Positions 62,831-64,000 of a DNA stretch of 64,000 nucleotides are shown in pieces. The stretch comes from Ophelia neglecta (Eukaryota). A program made the translations under genes and the position numbers. A model generated the notes under the pieces. It did not search any database, was not told where the DNA came from, and saw only the letters and a list, made by a program, of their open reading frames with translations. The stretch covers positions 16,368,001-16,432,000 of the forward strand of contig OZ260667.1 of the NCBI GenBank assembly GCA_965285935.1, in the 5' to 3' direction. Numbering within the stretch: the first letter of the stretch is position 1; the number at the start of each line of letters is the position of its first letter.

Positions 62831-64000
62831 CCCTTTTATAGTCAGAAGGGCAACCCTATGGGAGGGGGTGGGAAGGGGGAAAGGGGGGGGGGGGGTCGGT
62901 TCCTTTCGGACCACATAATTCTAAGTTGTCAGCACCAACAAGAATGGTTTTAATCCTATTTTCAATTCTTTCTATCTCCTCTTCTCACATAACAATCAAC
63001 ATCAACTTTCTTTTCTTCAGAGCATTCTTGGGGCGATTTATTCTTATTTGTCAATGTGTAGGTTTTCGGGCACGAAATCCAACAATTCACTGTTCAACAT
63101 TCAAAACGATTAACAGCATCACTGCTTTGGAACATAGACGTGGCCAAGATTCAAACTCACTTTTCTACTGAGGAATAAAACTAAGCAAAGTTTCATTTTT
63201 CAGCATCCATTTCGGAAAAAGGAGGTGTTGCCGAATAATAATTTCATCTATTCCAGGTTTCTGGTAGCAGATTTAACACCATGATTTAACTGAATCAATG
63301 GTCTCAACTGGCTAAAATGGGTTCCTAGAAGATGGATTGTGTCTCAAACTAAGTCATTTGAAAAAAAATAAGTCGTAAGCCGAATTCTGATTAAAGAAGA
63401 CATTAATTATCACAGTCTCAGTGTATCGGTTATATTTTATAACCCTTAACAAATATGCATTTTAATTATGACAAAACCAACATCAATTTTATCAATTAAT
63501 TTGCCTGCATTTGGTCTGATTCTAATATATGGCTCCCTTTTATTATTTTCAGGACGATCATTATGACCCCCCCCCCTTCTCAGTCCACGTGGAAAGGGCA
63601 TTCCGGATGGAGGGCTGGCGTCTTTCATATACCACACCAACACCCTTTAGATATATCGGACAGCCTAGAGGCGCCTTTATGAGTCCGTCAAACACTGATT
63701 ACACGCTTTAGAAGGGTGACACTCAGGACCCCTTTGAGGCGCTTTCGGGGCAACTCGCACAATGGAAATGGAAGGGGTCCTGGCCAGCGCGTCCCCCTTT
63801 CTATACCCTGTGTGGAAGGTACAACTCTACCAGTGGTCATGTCATAAACTAGAACGTTGTTGTGTTCAAGCAAGCAGTCAATTTCCTTAGAGCTCAGTCA
63901 GCCGGGACGAGTGACCATGCTTTCACAGCATACCATTCATAACAACCGCAGTCTGGAAAAAAATCCTAAACTGAAGCAATTTGTACTAATTTCTATCTGT

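Overview
Eukaryotic, intron-rich, AT-rich animal DNA, probably from a mollusc or other lophotrochozoan (inferred from gene types and SINE remnants, not proven). Three spliced genes could be rebuilt by hand. (1) A minus-strand UNC-93-like multi-pass membrane protein: 4 coding exons, ~553 aa, one 17.7 kb intron. (2, 3) Two tandem plus-strand paralogues, A (34793-45183, ~1500 aa) and B (48615-58588, ~1966 aa), with identical 13-exon structure. Both encode type-I membrane proteins: signal peptide, two unusual 4-Cys LDLa-like modules, 28 or 38 six-Cys EB/EGF-like modules (most in one giant exon), a TM helix and a short conserved cytoplasmic tail. The modules form a 5-module, 678-bp higher-order repeat, and B gained two extra near-identical units recently. 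Splice-site features suggest secreted versus membrane isoforms and alternative tails. Non-coding DNA holds a ~145-bp satellite with an inverted last copy, 22-bp and 42-bp minisatellites, a decayed CR1/L2-group LINE, and SINE/MITE remnants. All gene models are manual readings without transcript evidence.
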